Positions 1 to 9,935 of a stretch of DNA of 64,000 nucleotides are shown piece by piece. The translations under genes and the position numbers were made by a program. How positions within the stretch are numbered: position 1 is the first letter of the stretch; every line of letters starts with the position of its first letter. The notes beneath the pieces are model-generated. The model did no database searches, was not told the DNA's origin, and was given only the letters and a program-made list of their open reading frames with translations. The DNA comes from Candidatus Neptunichlamydia sp. (GTDB taxonomy: Bacteria; Chlamydiota; Chlamydiia; Chlamydiales; Simkaniaceae): positions 608,001 to 672,000 of the forward strand of contig OZ247587.1 of NCBI GenBank assembly GCA_965233865.1. The letters are read 5' to 3'.

Positions 1-2140
1 GTCGAATATACCAGTTAGTAAGCTCTTCAATAAAATCAACAAATGGGTTGACGGCCTGACTAAGCGAGTAACCATCCATCCCTTTTTCAACATCTAAAAC
101 CAGCTTCTGCAGTTTTGAAAGGATCCAGCGATCAATAGAGCACTTAGGCTTTGATCCAGCTGGCTTCCACTTATAGATATTTGCATACGTTGCTAAAAAC
201 ACATAAGAGTTCCAGAGAGGAATCAAAAACTGGCGAAGAACCAATTCTACACCCCGCTCCGCAAAACGAAGATCATCACCCTGCACGACAGGGCTATGGA
301 GCATATAGAGGCGCACTGCATCGGCTCCATACTTATTTATCACAAGCCCTGGATCAGGATAATTCCTCAGCCGCTTTGACATCTTTGCCCCATTCTCGGA
401 TAAGATAATCCCGTTCACAATCACATTTTTAAATGCAGGCTTGTTAAACAACGCCGTCGACAAGATATTGAGTGTGTAAAACCACGCCCGCGTCTGGTCA
501 AGCCCTTCAGCAATAAAATCCGCAGGAAATGCATCAAGAGTCTCTTTTCCATTCTCAAAAGGATAATGATTTTGAGCATAAGGCATCGACCCCGACTCAA
601 ACCAACAATCAAAGACTTCGCTTACCCTCGTATAGACTTTCTCATTTTCCTCAAAAGTCAATGTATCGATATGGTGACGATGAAGATCTTTCACCGTTTT
701 ACCAGTTCGTTTTTCGAGCTCTTCAACACTACTGATAATAATAATATCCCCATCCGGACTCTTCCATAGAGGAATTGGCGTTCCCCAATAGCGATTTCGA
801 CTAATCGCCCAGTCCCGAGCATTTTCAAGCCATTTTCCAAAACGCCCATGCTTTAAATGATTAGGCACCCAATGGATATGTTCATTATTTGACACGATCT
901 TATCTTTAATTTTTTCAACCGCAACAAACCATGTGCTTACAGCCTTATAAATTAGAGGTGTATCGGAGCGCCAACAAAAGGGGTAACTATGACGGATCGT
1001 TCCTTGATGAAAAAGTCGCCCTTTCTCTTTGATTTTTTTGATTAATTCTTTGTCGGCATCTTTCACATATTTTCCTTCAAAGTCAGGAAGTTCAGCAGTG
1101 AATTTTCCATTCTGATCGACAGGACAAACAAGGTCAATCCCTGCATTCTTGCAAGCAAAAAAGTCAACCTCACCAAAGGCTGGTGCAGAATGAACAATCC
1201 CCGTTCCCATATCTTCACCGATTGAATCCTCGCCAATTATTGAGAAGCTATGGGGACTTGCTTCTTCGACAAAGTAATCAAATATTGGCAGGTAATGCTT
1301 TCCAATGAGAGACTTTCCCTTAAAGGTATCTATGATTTCGCAACCATTTTTGAAATAAGTTTCGATACGCCCTTTCCCCAAGATATAAAATTTTCCATCC
1401 TTTCGGACCTTAACGTAATCAAGCTTCTCCCCTACCATGACCGCTAAATTTGAAGGGAGAGTCCAAGGAGTCGTTGTCCATATCAACAAAGACGTTTCTG
1501 GATCATTAATAAGCGGAAAGCTAACTGTAATCGATGGATCATCCACATCCTGATAATTCAAGTTTGCCTCAAAATTAGAGAGGGGGGTTCCAAGCTGAGC
1601 TGAAAAGGGCATCACTTTAAACCCTTCATAAACAAGCCCCTTTTTCCATAACTCTCCAAAAACCCACCAAACAGTCTCCATAAATGTGAGATTCATCGTC
1701 ATATAAGTCTTGTCAAAATCAACCCATCGACCCATTCGGTTGACCGTTTTCTTCCATTCTTCCGAATAACGCATCACAATACTGCGACACTCTTCATTGA
1801 ATTTCGCGATTCCAAATTGCTCAATATCTGCTGCTCCAGAAAGCTCTAGAGCTTTTTCTATCTCCATTTCAACAGGAAGGCCGTGGGTATCCCATCCAAA
1901 GCGGCGTGGCACTCGATATCCCTTCATCGTCTTATAGCGCGGGACAACATCCTTGATTGTTCCAGCAAGCAGGTGCCCATAATGAGGCAGTCCCGTTGCA
2001 AATGGAGGACCATCATACATTGAAAATAGAGGCGCATCTTTGCGCTCATCTACTGACTTCTTGAAGACTTTTTCTTTTTCCCAAAGAGCCTGTATCCGCT
2101 CTTCTCTTTCCGGGAAACTTTCCTTGCGATTTTCAAACAT
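1..2140 (-). CDS. ileS: Isoleucyl-tRNA synthetase (partial, runs off window start)
   Basis: Manual translation from ATG 2140 gives MFENRKESFPEREERIQALW...DGPPFATGLPHYGH (HIGH motif), FGWDTHGLPVE, GTGIVHSAPAFG, and KMSKR in the same frame near 380. Missing from the ORF track because the stop lies outside the window. Confidence 0.96.
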   Translation of the reverse strand, partial: MFENRKESFPEREERIQALWEKEKVFKKSVDERKDAPLFSMYDGPPFATGLPHYGHLLAGTIKDVVPRYKTMKGYRVPRRFGWDTHGLPVEMEIEKALELSGAADIEQFGIAKFNEECRSIVMRYSEEWKKTVNRMGRWVDFDKTYMTMNLTFMETVWWVFGELWKKGLVYEGFKVMPFSAQLGTPLSNFEANLNYQDVDDPSITVSFPLINDPETSLLIWTTTPWTLPSNLAVMVGEKLDYVKVRKDGKFYILGKGRIETYFKNGCEIIDTFKGKSLIGKHYLPIFDYFVEEASPHSFSIIGEDSIGEDMGTGIVHSAPAFGEVDFFACKNAGIDLVCPVDQNGKFTAELPDFEGKYVKDADKELIKKIKEKGRLFHQGTIRHSYPFCWRSDTPLIYKAVSTWFVAVEKIKDKIVSNNEHIHWVPNHLKHGRFGKWLENARDWAISRNRYWGTPIPLWKSPDGDIIIISSVEELEKRTGKTVKDLHRHHIDTLTFEENEKVYTRVSEVFDCWFESGSMPYAQNHYPFENGKETLDAFPADFIAEGLDQTRAWFYTLNILSTALFNKPAFKNVIVNGIILSENGAKMSKRLRNYPDPGLVINKYGADAVRLYMLHSPVVQGDDLRFAERGVELVLRQFLIPLWNSYVFLATYANIYKWKPAGSKPKCSIDRWILSKLQKLVLDVEKGMDGYSLSQAVNPFVDFIEELTNWYIR

Positions 2141-2300
2141 AACCAACCTTATCTATAAACAAAGCAGTTTACGACTCTCCCGTATAATAATCAATACTTG
2201 CCTCAATAGACTCAACCTGTTAATATTGAGGTACAAAAAACTCAAACAACTGATAGTGAGAGGTTTATGTAATAAAATTCATTTGTGGTATAATACAAAT

Positions 2301-2716
2301 GGGGGTGCATTGGTTTCGACTTGGAAGCAAAGTACCGATGGCATGCAGAGGATTCGGTTGGCCTCTTAAAAAAGCCGAGACGACATAACTGTCAAAAAAT
2401 CAAATGTTGTAAGCATCGCTTCTCACGCTGGTTTCACTAGCGAAGGTGCGGTTGCTGCGGTTGCTGCTTAAGACCTAATCCGTCTTTGTAGCCGACCCTC
2501 TAAGATTGAACCAGGGATCTTGGAAAGGTTGTCATAGATCTTGGCATGAGCTACTGCCGCTTGACTTCCAGAGGTAGTGTTTCGAGATTAAAGGAAGTGT
2601 GCGGGCCCTTAGTGGGGTTCCTTACAGCAAGGCTTGCACTATAAATTAAGGGACTAAGCATGTAGGCATTGTTATAGAGTTTACTAAGGACGAGAGTTCG
2701 AATCTCTCCACCTCCA
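2301..2716 (+). ncRNA. ssrA: tmRNA
   Basis: 5' GGGGGTGCATTGGTTTCGAC; 3' T-arm GAGAGTTCGAATCTCTCCACCTCCA pairs with the 5' end. Tag ORF 2391-2471 after ATAACT reads VKKSNVVSIASHAGFTSEGAVAAVAA*. Confidence 0.96.
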
Positions 2717-2725
2717 ATCCAATTT

Positions 2726-2760
2726 AAGGCTTCATTTTTCGGAGTGAAGCCTTTTGTTTT
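2726..2760 (+). terminator. Intrinsic terminator after tmRNA
   Basis: AAGGCTTCATT-TTTCGG-AGTGAAGCCTT hairpin followed by a T-rich tract. Confidence 0.75.
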
Positions 2761-2812
2761 CAACGAAGTACACCAAATCAATTCACTTCAAAAATCCTGG
2801 TATTCTCAACTC

Positions 2813-3005
2813 ATTTACGCACTATTTACGCACTAGACTGAATGAAACCAGACCAATACTACCTAAAACTTTGCGTACATCCCCTGTTTACCTGTGACAT
2901 CTGTGACACCTGTGACTTCCAGGGAAACTTCTGTCTCACATTAGAATTTTAATCCCATGACATCCGTGACAAATCCTTCTTAAAATGTAGAAATAGTGCG
3001 TAAAT
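2813..3005. repeat. Putative integrase arm-type sites
   Basis: ATTTACGCACT in tandem (2813-2823, 2824-2834) and inverted (AGTGCGTAAAT, 2995-3005). Three CTGTGAC repeats at ~2892-2918. All lie between the tmRNA end and the integrase. Confidence 0.55.
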
Positions 3006-3132
3006 CTAGCAAAATCTCTTTTGAAGAGATTAGAATACAACGATTTAAATCAAGAAGTGATGAGAATAAGCATCTTTATTGTGGTTTATTCCCCTTTTTT
3101 CTATGATCACCTCATATCTATATGGAATAACC

Positions 3133-3864
3133 ATGGGCACGATTCGACCTTACGATAAAGAAGATGGAACCACAACCTATCACACTGAAGTGCGATTAAA
3201 GGGATATCCAACGCAACGAGCATCCTTTAGAACTAAAACACTCGCTAAAAAATGGATTCAAGATACAGAGTCTTCTATTCGAGACGGCAGACATTTCTGA
3301 ACCGCTGAAGCCAAAAAGCATACAATCAATGACCTGATTGAACGGTTTTGTTCTCAATGGCTTACTCAATTCCTTCATAGAGTAGTCAGACAAACCGCCT
3401 ATCTATCTTGGTGGAAAGATCGTTTAGGGCATTTACTACTATCCGATTTAACCCCTGCAATTATAGCTGAAGCAAGAGATGCTCTTCTTGCTGAAAAAAC
3501 TCATAGGAATACCCCACGCAACCCTTCTACGGTAAACCGATATTTAGCCGCTTTTTCCAGACCGCTTACAATAGCTGTCAAAGAATGGGGATGGCTCGAC
3601 GACACCCCGATACGAAAGGTTTCAAGCCTCTCAGAAGGGAATGGTAGAAATCGACTTCTATCCTTAGAAGAAAAAGACCGGCTACTCAAAGCTTGTAAAA
3701 AGTCCCCGAATCCTCATCTTTATAATATCGTTTTCCTCGCCCTCTTAACAGGGATGCGTCAAGGAGAAATCTTGACCCTATCCTTTAAAAGCTGTGGTTT
3801 TCAGAACAAGCTAATCACACTTGGAAAGACAAAGAATGGAGAAGGCGCCCAATATCTTCCTTAA
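3133..3864 (+). pseudogene. Tyrosine integrase, with a nonsense mutation and C-terminal truncation
   Basis: MGTIRPYDKEDG...RDGRHF, in-frame TGA at 3298, then TAEAKKHT...STVNRYLAAFS...LALLTGMRQGEILTL...KTKNGE. The HxxR and catalytic Tyr boxes are missing. Confidence 0.9.
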
Positions 3865-4252
3865 TCAATGCATATGAAGGAGGTTTAGCGAGATCTAAAC
3901 GATCATTCTTTTCTAGAGTTTCAATTGTATCAAAAGGAATGAAAAAACTATGATTATCTTCGATGAGTGAAAGGGCTAGCTTAATTCCAGGGTAAGCACC
4001 CTCAAGCGAAGTTCTCTTCTTGATCCGTGCATAGGATTTTTGTTTAACAAAATCCCAGTCCACCCTATCGCTATAAATAAAATTCTCCTCCATAACAGCA
4101 AGAGCTTCCTGGAGATAATTCTCCACTTCAGAGGATGCTATGTCAGTATCACTTTTCCAAACTTTTCTTAAGGAATACATTCCCAAAAGCACAACTACGC
4201 AAGTTGTTAATATTTTAATAAGGGCATAAACTCTTTTTTTTCTCCAATACAT
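3815..4252 (-). pseudogene. N-terminal fragment of an S41-like peptidase
   Basis: Signal/TM segment, then YLQEALAVMEENFIYSDRVDW...LSLIEDNHSFF. Ends abruptly where it meets the truncated integrase. Confidence 0.55.
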
Positions 4253-4270
4253 AAAGAAGTATTATTGTGC

Positions 4271-4626
4271 TTAATAAGCAAATGCTTCTAAAACGTCTTT
4301 GGCCAAATTAATAATTTTTTGCCATTCAAGCGTGTTTATAAAATCTTCTGGAAGATAAGGTCGATCCCCATCGGCAAAAGATTCGAATAAATCTCGGAAT
4401 TGAGCCAATATCTGATATTGTCTTTCTATGATGTTATATTCTTTATATTTTTTAAAATTGGATCTCTGTCGTCAAAAAAATGACAGGCTGTTTCATCAAA
4501 ATCATCAACTTCAGGCCCTTCACCACGTATCCAGACCATTTCTTGGTATTCTTTACTTGCTATGTGGGAAATATTTCTTAAATGTTTATTAAGAATATAT
4601 TTTTTATCTTCTTCTTTCAGTTTCAA
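4271..4626 (-). pseudogene. Orphan toxin-immunity-like protein (frameshift in an A-run near 4450)
   Basis: IASKEYQEMVWIRGEGPEVDDFDET...; continues in another frame as ...LEWQKIINLAKDVLEAFAY*. Homologous to both domains of 49428-50459. Confidence 0.65.
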
Positions 4627-4862
4627 AGCAAATCACGCTCTGGCTCAATGTCAGCTAAACCAATATCTTCTTGACTGATGTTAAAGACTTCAGTTTGATT
4701 CTTCATAAATTCAATGACCGTATGATAAGCCATAAGGTAACCATTATTAAAACTGTCTTGTCTTTCTTTTGGATGGTCTGCTTCTAGCTTTGCTTTTTTT
4801 GCTTGTTTCTTAATTATGGATATTAAGTCTGTAAGATAGTTTTTGTATTTTTCGTTTTCCAT
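4623..4862 (-). CDS. Putative cognate immunity protein
   Basis: Small ORF starting directly after the toxin's restored stop; GYLMAYHTVIEFMKNQ...IGLADIEPERDLL. Confidence 0.6.
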   Translation of the reverse strand: MENEKYKNYLTDLISIIKKQAKKAKLEADHPKERQDSFNNGYLMAYHTVIEFMKNQTEVFNISQEDIGLADIEPERDLL

Positions 4863-4866
4863 AATT

Positions 4867-5765
4867 TTAATTAATCCTTTCATTTAGAATAGATTGAAGA
4901 ATATCTCTTTGTTCAGTACAACATTGTATCTCAGCTGGCCATTTTTTGTTGATTAAAGCCTGCTGTCTTTCTGGATGTAACTTATCTCAATGGGGAATAA
5001 ATTTTGATGGGCTTGCAATTTTTTCTTGGTGAGTGGCTATTTGCTTCTCATAACTCCTAATGCCTTTTTGAATTTCTTTAGCCGACTTCTCAAGATAGTC
5101 TCTTACCATCTTTACGCGACTATCTTTACTAATTGCAGCTTTTAAGATATTACTTTCTGATTGGGAGACCAATGTATCCAAGCGGCTATTAATAGCACTT
5201 TCTAATTTACTTGCTTTTTGTAACTGTCCCATTTCTTTTCCAGTAAGCCCTATTTCTTCCCCCAGAAATGCACTTGTCTTACCTGCATTAATAATTTCTC
5301 CTACCTTAGCAGTATTTCCAACTCCGGCTGCAGCTTCAAGAACGAGAGTTCCTTCAGCCTTTTGGATATTTTTTAAGACAGCAGCCAGTTTTCTCGCGCT
5401 CTTTGCACTCTTGCTTGCGATTTTGGCTACAGTTCCAGGTGCTACAATGTCTGCCCCATGTTTTCCAAAGGCATATCCAGCAAGCTCTCTCCTTTTATCT
5501 GAAGGGAGAGTGTCCCACTGGGTAACCAACTGATGAATTTCTGGAGATAATACCTCTCCGATCACCCCCCACTCATCATCACGAGCAAGTCTAGCAAGTG
5601 TTGAGAGAGCATCATACATTTGCGTTGAAGTGTGAATAGGATGAGAGATTAAGTCTCCAAGAAATAAAATAATCCCTTTTCTAGATTCATAGATCCCTTT
5701 TGGCAGTCCCTTTGCAAAACCTAGAGTAAACTCTGGTGTAGAAAATGGAATGTTTTCTGGGCCTT
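4867..5765 (-). pseudogene. Polymorphic toxin C-terminal region (5' end lost, internal TGA at 4987)
   Basis: Pre-toxin Gly/Ala-rich helices (GFAKGLPKG, GKHGADIVAPG), then KGIRSYEKQIATHQEKIASPSKFIPH*DKLHPERQQALINKKWPAEIQ...NERIN*. Followed by small immunity-like ORFs. Confidence 0.65.
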
Positions 5766-5925
5766 TCTCAATTTATAGAGATGCTTATCATAAGCTCTCT
5801 TGCTTTTCTTATTTTTTCTGAGAGGGATAACCGCCTTCATTCCTTGAGAGATCGCTTGAGTTGCGATTGCATCGCTGTCATAACCCCGATCTGCTAGTAG
5901 GTAATCGGCGTTAATTTCCTCTATT
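5766..5925 (-). mobile_element. IS5-family transposase fragment
   Basis: Closely similar to ~24476-24640 (YLLADRGYDSDAI...RAYDKHLYKLR). Confidence 0.85.
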
Positions 5926-6184
5926 AGATGTTTGGCCTGAAGATAGGTGGAACCCGTAAGAAAGTTTCTTTAATCACGTCTAGCAGATTCACCATGGACC
6001 ATTTTTTAAAAAGTTCATCCTTAATCAAATGTAAATTTGGAGGGTCTGGTTGAGCAGTCAATGGAGACACAGAAATCCATCCATTGTTTTTTCGATAGAT
6101 CTTCACCTTAGAGTTTTTGGGGATATTCTTGTTGAAGCTGACTAAAGATTTGCGGAGTTTCCTCTTCAGATGATTTACGAACAT
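5924..6184 (-). mobile_element. Tn3-family transposase internal fragment
   Basis: WISVSPLTAQPDPPNL...WSMVNLLDVIKET resembles the middle region of Tn3-type TnpA. Confidence 0.6.
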
Positions 6185-6185
6185 T

Positions 6186-6602
6186 TCAGAGGAAAGAGGA
6201 AGATTCTCTAACGGTAGTGATGATTTCTGTATCTTTAGATAAGGGACCTAACTTTTGCAAAAAAGCATCAACAATGGCAGAGATCTTCTCAGATATTATC
6301 GGACTAACAATTGCATCAGAATGAAATTGATACAGAAGGCTTGCTTCTTCTTTAGTTGTTTTAGAAAACAGCCCTTTGTTTTCCTCAATAACTTCCTGAA
6401 AAAGAGCAGAAAACTTGCCTAACTTTCTATCTTGATGAAGAGCGTAACATCTTCTATCCACTAAATCATCAATCTGCTGCATTTCAGGAGAGACATCTAA
6501 AAGCGCACGGATCATTTCAGGATTTAAAGACTTTTGTTCTTTCTTTGACATTCCAGCTGAATAACTAACTGTTTCAGCATTATGAACTTGTGGTTGAAAC
6601 AT
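6186..6602 (-). CDS. Hypothetical protein
   Basis: 138-aa ORF; no recognised motif. Confidence 0.45.
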   Translation of the reverse strand: MFQPQVHNAETVSYSAGMSKKEQKSLNPEMIRALLDVSPEMQQIDDLVDRRCYALHQDRKLGKFSALFQEVIEENKGLFSKTTKEEASLLYQFHSDAIVSPIISEKISAIVDAFLQKLGPLSKDTEIITTVRESSSFL

Positions 6603-6684
6603 TACTGTTGTAGTCGTAGATACCTCCTTGTAATATTCAGGAGAATTATATAAGCAGGAAAATGGGAAATTCCTTTCTCAATTT

Positions 6685-6815
6685 CTTCATAGCTCTGTAT
6701 TTGCTTTTGACATCGAGGAGAAAATACCCATGGCCTTTTTTAAGACTTCTCTTTCCTGCTTTAAGATCCTATTTTCTTTTTTTAGTCGCTTAATCTCTTC
6801 TTTAAGTTCGAGAAG
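6685..6815 (-). mobile_element. IS3-family orfA 3' fragment
   Basis: EEIKRLKKENRILKQEREVLKKAMGIFS is the typical end of IS3 orfA. Confidence 0.65.
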
Positions 6816-7083
6816 TCTATATCATAACTGTCCTATTTTTCGGGGGAAGATCAGGGATGGGACATTTTTTGATGCAGATGGGAGCCGTCCCAGATTTTTG
6901 TACATCAAATCGGGGGTTTGATACGGCTCAGGAGTTTTCAACAATGCTAAAAACCTCAAAATGTTCTGATATAGCCTGGTCTATTTTTGGTGTGCCGGTT
7001 TCTTTATTGAATGCAATGCTTCATACTTTAGTTTTAGGATTGGGGTATCGTTTCAGCTTGAAGAGAAATCTGATGGGAGCCTT

Positions 7084-7446
7084 ATGATGGAAACGCAAGT
7101 TTTTGTGAACAAGTTTTATCCAGAAGAGTTTAGACGAAAAACAGATAGCGAAAAATACCTTTCCAAGGGCACATGCGAGGTGCATCTAACGCTAGGTTAT
7201 GTAGAACTTGATCTCAAGAATATCACATATCGGATTGATCATGAAGGGAAAATCCTTTTGAAACCTCCCTTGAGGATCCATTCCAGCAAAAAGGCTGGGG
7301 TCAAACCAAGGCTCGTACCTTCTATTTTTTTTAAGGAGGCTGGGGTCTGGGGTTAAATTGAAGAAACAATCAAACACGAGCTTGCTAAAGAGGTTTTAAC
7401 GCTTCCTAGAAGGGAGTGTTTACAGCTGGATTTGTTTGGAGATTAA
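7084..7446 (+). pseudogene. SpoVG-like nucleic-acid-binding protein with internal stop (7354); paralog of 54373-54813
   Basis: VELDLKNITYRIDHEGKILLKPPLR...VPSIFF aligns with GIELRNIVYSISKDHRVKVQPPFR...VESIKF. Confidence 0.6.
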
Positions 7447-7475
7447 GTTAATGTATTAGAATTGTAGGAGGATCT

Positions 7476-7556
7476 ATGGATCTTTATGTGGGGAATCTCC
7501 CGTTAAATTTAGACAGCGCTGGGCTGAAAAAATCTAAATCTGTATCAAGACTTTGA
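7476..7556 (+). pseudogene. RRM RNA-binding protein, N-terminal remnant
   Basis: AGGAGG RBS, then MDLYVGNLPLNLDSAGLKK (RNP2 motif); truncated. Confidence 0.7.
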
Positions 7557-7691
7557 GATAGGTCTTGATTCTTTAGTAAATTAAGTAACAGGAGATTGTG
7601 CAACTTTTTCCCAAAATCTCCCACTTTTTTTTGCTGCTTTGATTTCAGTAAAACTAGGCATAGATTGTAAGCAATTTTTCACTGAAACCGT

Positions 7692-7709
7692 GTTTTTAGC
7701 AACACTACC
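7692..7709 (-). mobile_element. Isolated IS6-type terminal inverted repeat
   Basis: TTTTAGCAACACTACC matches the IS6 ends at 33784 and 34509 and the remnant at 15157-15172. Confidence 0.55.
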
Positions 7710-7728
7710 GTTCAGCGTACACCCCCCA

Positions 7729-8067
7729 CTAGAAAGAAATGATATGCTTACTGAATACTTCAGTCACATTTTTAAGCTCCATTTTATACTCTTCTTCTTT
7801 AATCCAATAGAAGCCCCTCTGCATTAAACCATGAGGATAAAAATGCTTCTCAAACGCTTCTGCAAATAAGCTTTGGTCAGGATGATTAGGGTAAACATGG
7901 CAGCTACTATCAGGGGTAAACTTCCTTGGAACATTAATTCCGCAGTTTTCCAAAATCAACTGTATACGCAGGTCCGAAATAATGAGTTGTTTGCTGCCGC
8001 GATTCTCCTCTAGTCTAGCCGCTACTTGCTGACTATTTGGGTTTATTAATAATTTAGTCATCATCAA
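7729..8067 (-). CDS. Hypothetical protein
   Basis: 112-aa ORF with GAGGTG RBS, directly downstream of the kinase gene. Confidence 0.6.
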   Translation of the reverse strand: MMMTKLLINPNSQQVAARLEENRGSKQLIISDLRIQLILENCGINVPRKFTPDSSCHVYPNHPDQSLFAEAFEKHFYPHGLMQRGFYWIKEEEYKMELKNVTEVFSKHIISF

Positions 8068-8079
8068 CCACCTCTTTGT

Positions 8080-9366
8080 CTATAAAGCACTTTCTTTATC
8101 AAACTGTTCAGACAATGTTTGAAACACTTGGTTCGCTGTTGTCTGTTCACTCAAAATCTCACCCCTTATGGTATTAGCAGCAAAGCGCATCCATTTAATC
8201 GCACCTTCACTCATACCACGATCTCTCATAGTTTCTTCATATTTCTCTAAGTTTTCAGGTGTTACTAAGGAGCCTAATTTTAGCATAAGGGGCCTATTAA
8301 ACGCATGCTTAAACTCTAAATATTCTATTTTTAATGGACGACCATCTAAAACCATACAAGCATCATGATCGATTCCAATCATATGAATGATATCCGCTCC
8401 TTGTTTAAATAAATAATTTCCACTATGGCGATCCAAATTGCTAAAGAGTAAATCAAAAACAAAAGATTTCTGTAAATCAAGGACTGATACTTGATTCCTG
8501 TTTTTGTCATTAACATCTATATTATTGTCAATGAATATTTGGGCCGATCCCTGATGACCTTTTATATCTACGAGGTACGTTGCGGGAATAGAGAATTGTT
8601 TATGGTGATTTAATGCATAAGCTGTACACTCTCTGTTTGTATTTTTTGAATCTTCGGTTCCAATAACCATATATCCTTGTTGGTAATTTTCGAGTGTTGG
8701 TTTAAAAACCCATCGACAAGAAGATGTTTCTCTGTCTCGAAGAATATAAGCTTCATGAATATTTATACCTCCAAACCAATCTCTAGCGGTAAATAGAGGG
8801 CAATCATTGATTTTAGCCATTAATTGAGGAATTAAAGCAAAACATTGAGGATCGTTTTTGTTTTCCTTGCAAAATTGTAAAATTTTCTTAATATCTGCAT
8901 TCGGATCTTCTATTATGCCTTTCAATTGTTCATCAGCATCAATATAATGACGCCTGCTATTTATAGCCTCTGAGAAGCTATGATGAGAGTCAATTTTTTC
9001 AATACATTCATGTAAAGACATAAACACAAATGCAGGGTGGGGATTGAAGGGATCCACTGACTGTTTAAATTTTTCAGCAGTTTCAATATCGGGCCACAGA
9101 TATCCAAAAAATAAATAAGCTACGCCTTCAATTTTTTCGGTTGTCAAACACTCTCCGCTTTCCAGTAGCTGCTTTGCTCTGTCTATACAAAATTCCTCTA
9201 TATTACCATCAGTACATTGGTTTACTTCAGCAATTGGAATGTTAAACAATTCGCTAATTTCTCCATGCATAGCAGTTTTTGGCGCCACTTTGGAACTCTC
9301 AAAATTAGAGACATTTTGATCTCCTTTCAAAGGGTCATTACTCTCAATACTCATAAAATAAACCAT
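8080..9366 (-). CDS. PI3/PI4-kinase-like protein (putative secreted effector)
   Basis: WVFKP, RECTAYAL, IPATYLV, GSAQIFI, catalytic NLDRHSGNYL and IGIDHD motifs. Confidence 0.8.
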   Translation of the reverse strand: MVYFMSIESNDPLKGDQNVSNFESSKVAPKTAMHGEISELFNIPIAEVNQCTDGNIEEFCIDRAKQLLESGECLTTEKIEGVAYLFFGYLWPDIETAEKFKQSVDPFNPHPAFVFMSLHECIEKIDSHHSFSEAINSRRHYIDADEQLKGIIEDPNADIKKILQFCKENKNDPQCFALIPQLMAKINDCPLFTARDWFGGINIHEAYILRDRETSSCRWVFKPTLENYQQGYMVIGTEDSKNTNRECTAYALNHHKQFSIPATYLVDIKGHQGSAQIFIDNNIDVNDKNRNQVSVLDLQKSFVFDLLFSNLDRHSGNYLFKQGADIIHMIGIDHDACMVLDGRPLKIEYLEFKHAFNRPLMLKLGSLVTPENLEKYEETMRDRGMSEGAIKWMRFAANTIRGEILSEQTTANQVFQTLSEQFDKESAL

Positions 9367-9935
9367 ATTTTGATATTAATTATTTAAATAATCATTTTTA
9401 TTTAATTTAACAATATAAAAATATTTTTAAAACTTTATACCAATTGAAAAAATGAAGTGTAATATATTAGCCATTACTCCATCTATTAGGAATATTCCCT
9501 TAAAACGATAGCCCGTCATCTAGCATGGAGGGCGGTCAAGAGATTTACCTAGGCTGCTTTAAATGGGCAATAAGAGAATATGCCACTTTTTTCCCTAAAT
9601 CCCCCACTTTTTTACATGAAGCCCTTCTCCTTCCTGGTGAACCTGAAGATGACCTCTACAGGATTGGGACAGCCTAAGAACCTCTGTAAGCTCTTATTTT
9701 ACAACATCAGATGCTCCAGTATAGCCTGACACTCCTTCTTAAGCTACTCTAGTAGAAGAACTAAGAATAAGTAACAATACAGCAAGGTTTTTTAATAAGC
9801 CTATTTGTGTTAAGATAAGATTAAAGAGTATTGTCTTTCACTTAGATCAGGACCTATTTTGCATATGCTTCTAAGTCGTGGACAACCCTTTAATAAATTT
9901 TATCTTATTAATAATAAAACAGTTAAGGAAAACCT

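Noticed and set aside
151..2369. Short ORFs listed over the first 2.4 kb
   Set aside because: They are shadows of the continuous minus-strand ileS frame and of tmRNA.
3298..4989. TGA readthrough or an alternative genetic code suggested by in-frame TGAs in the integrase and toxin
   Set aside because: Intact genes in the window use TGG for Trp and TGA as a stop, and both genes are also truncated. These are nonsense mutations.
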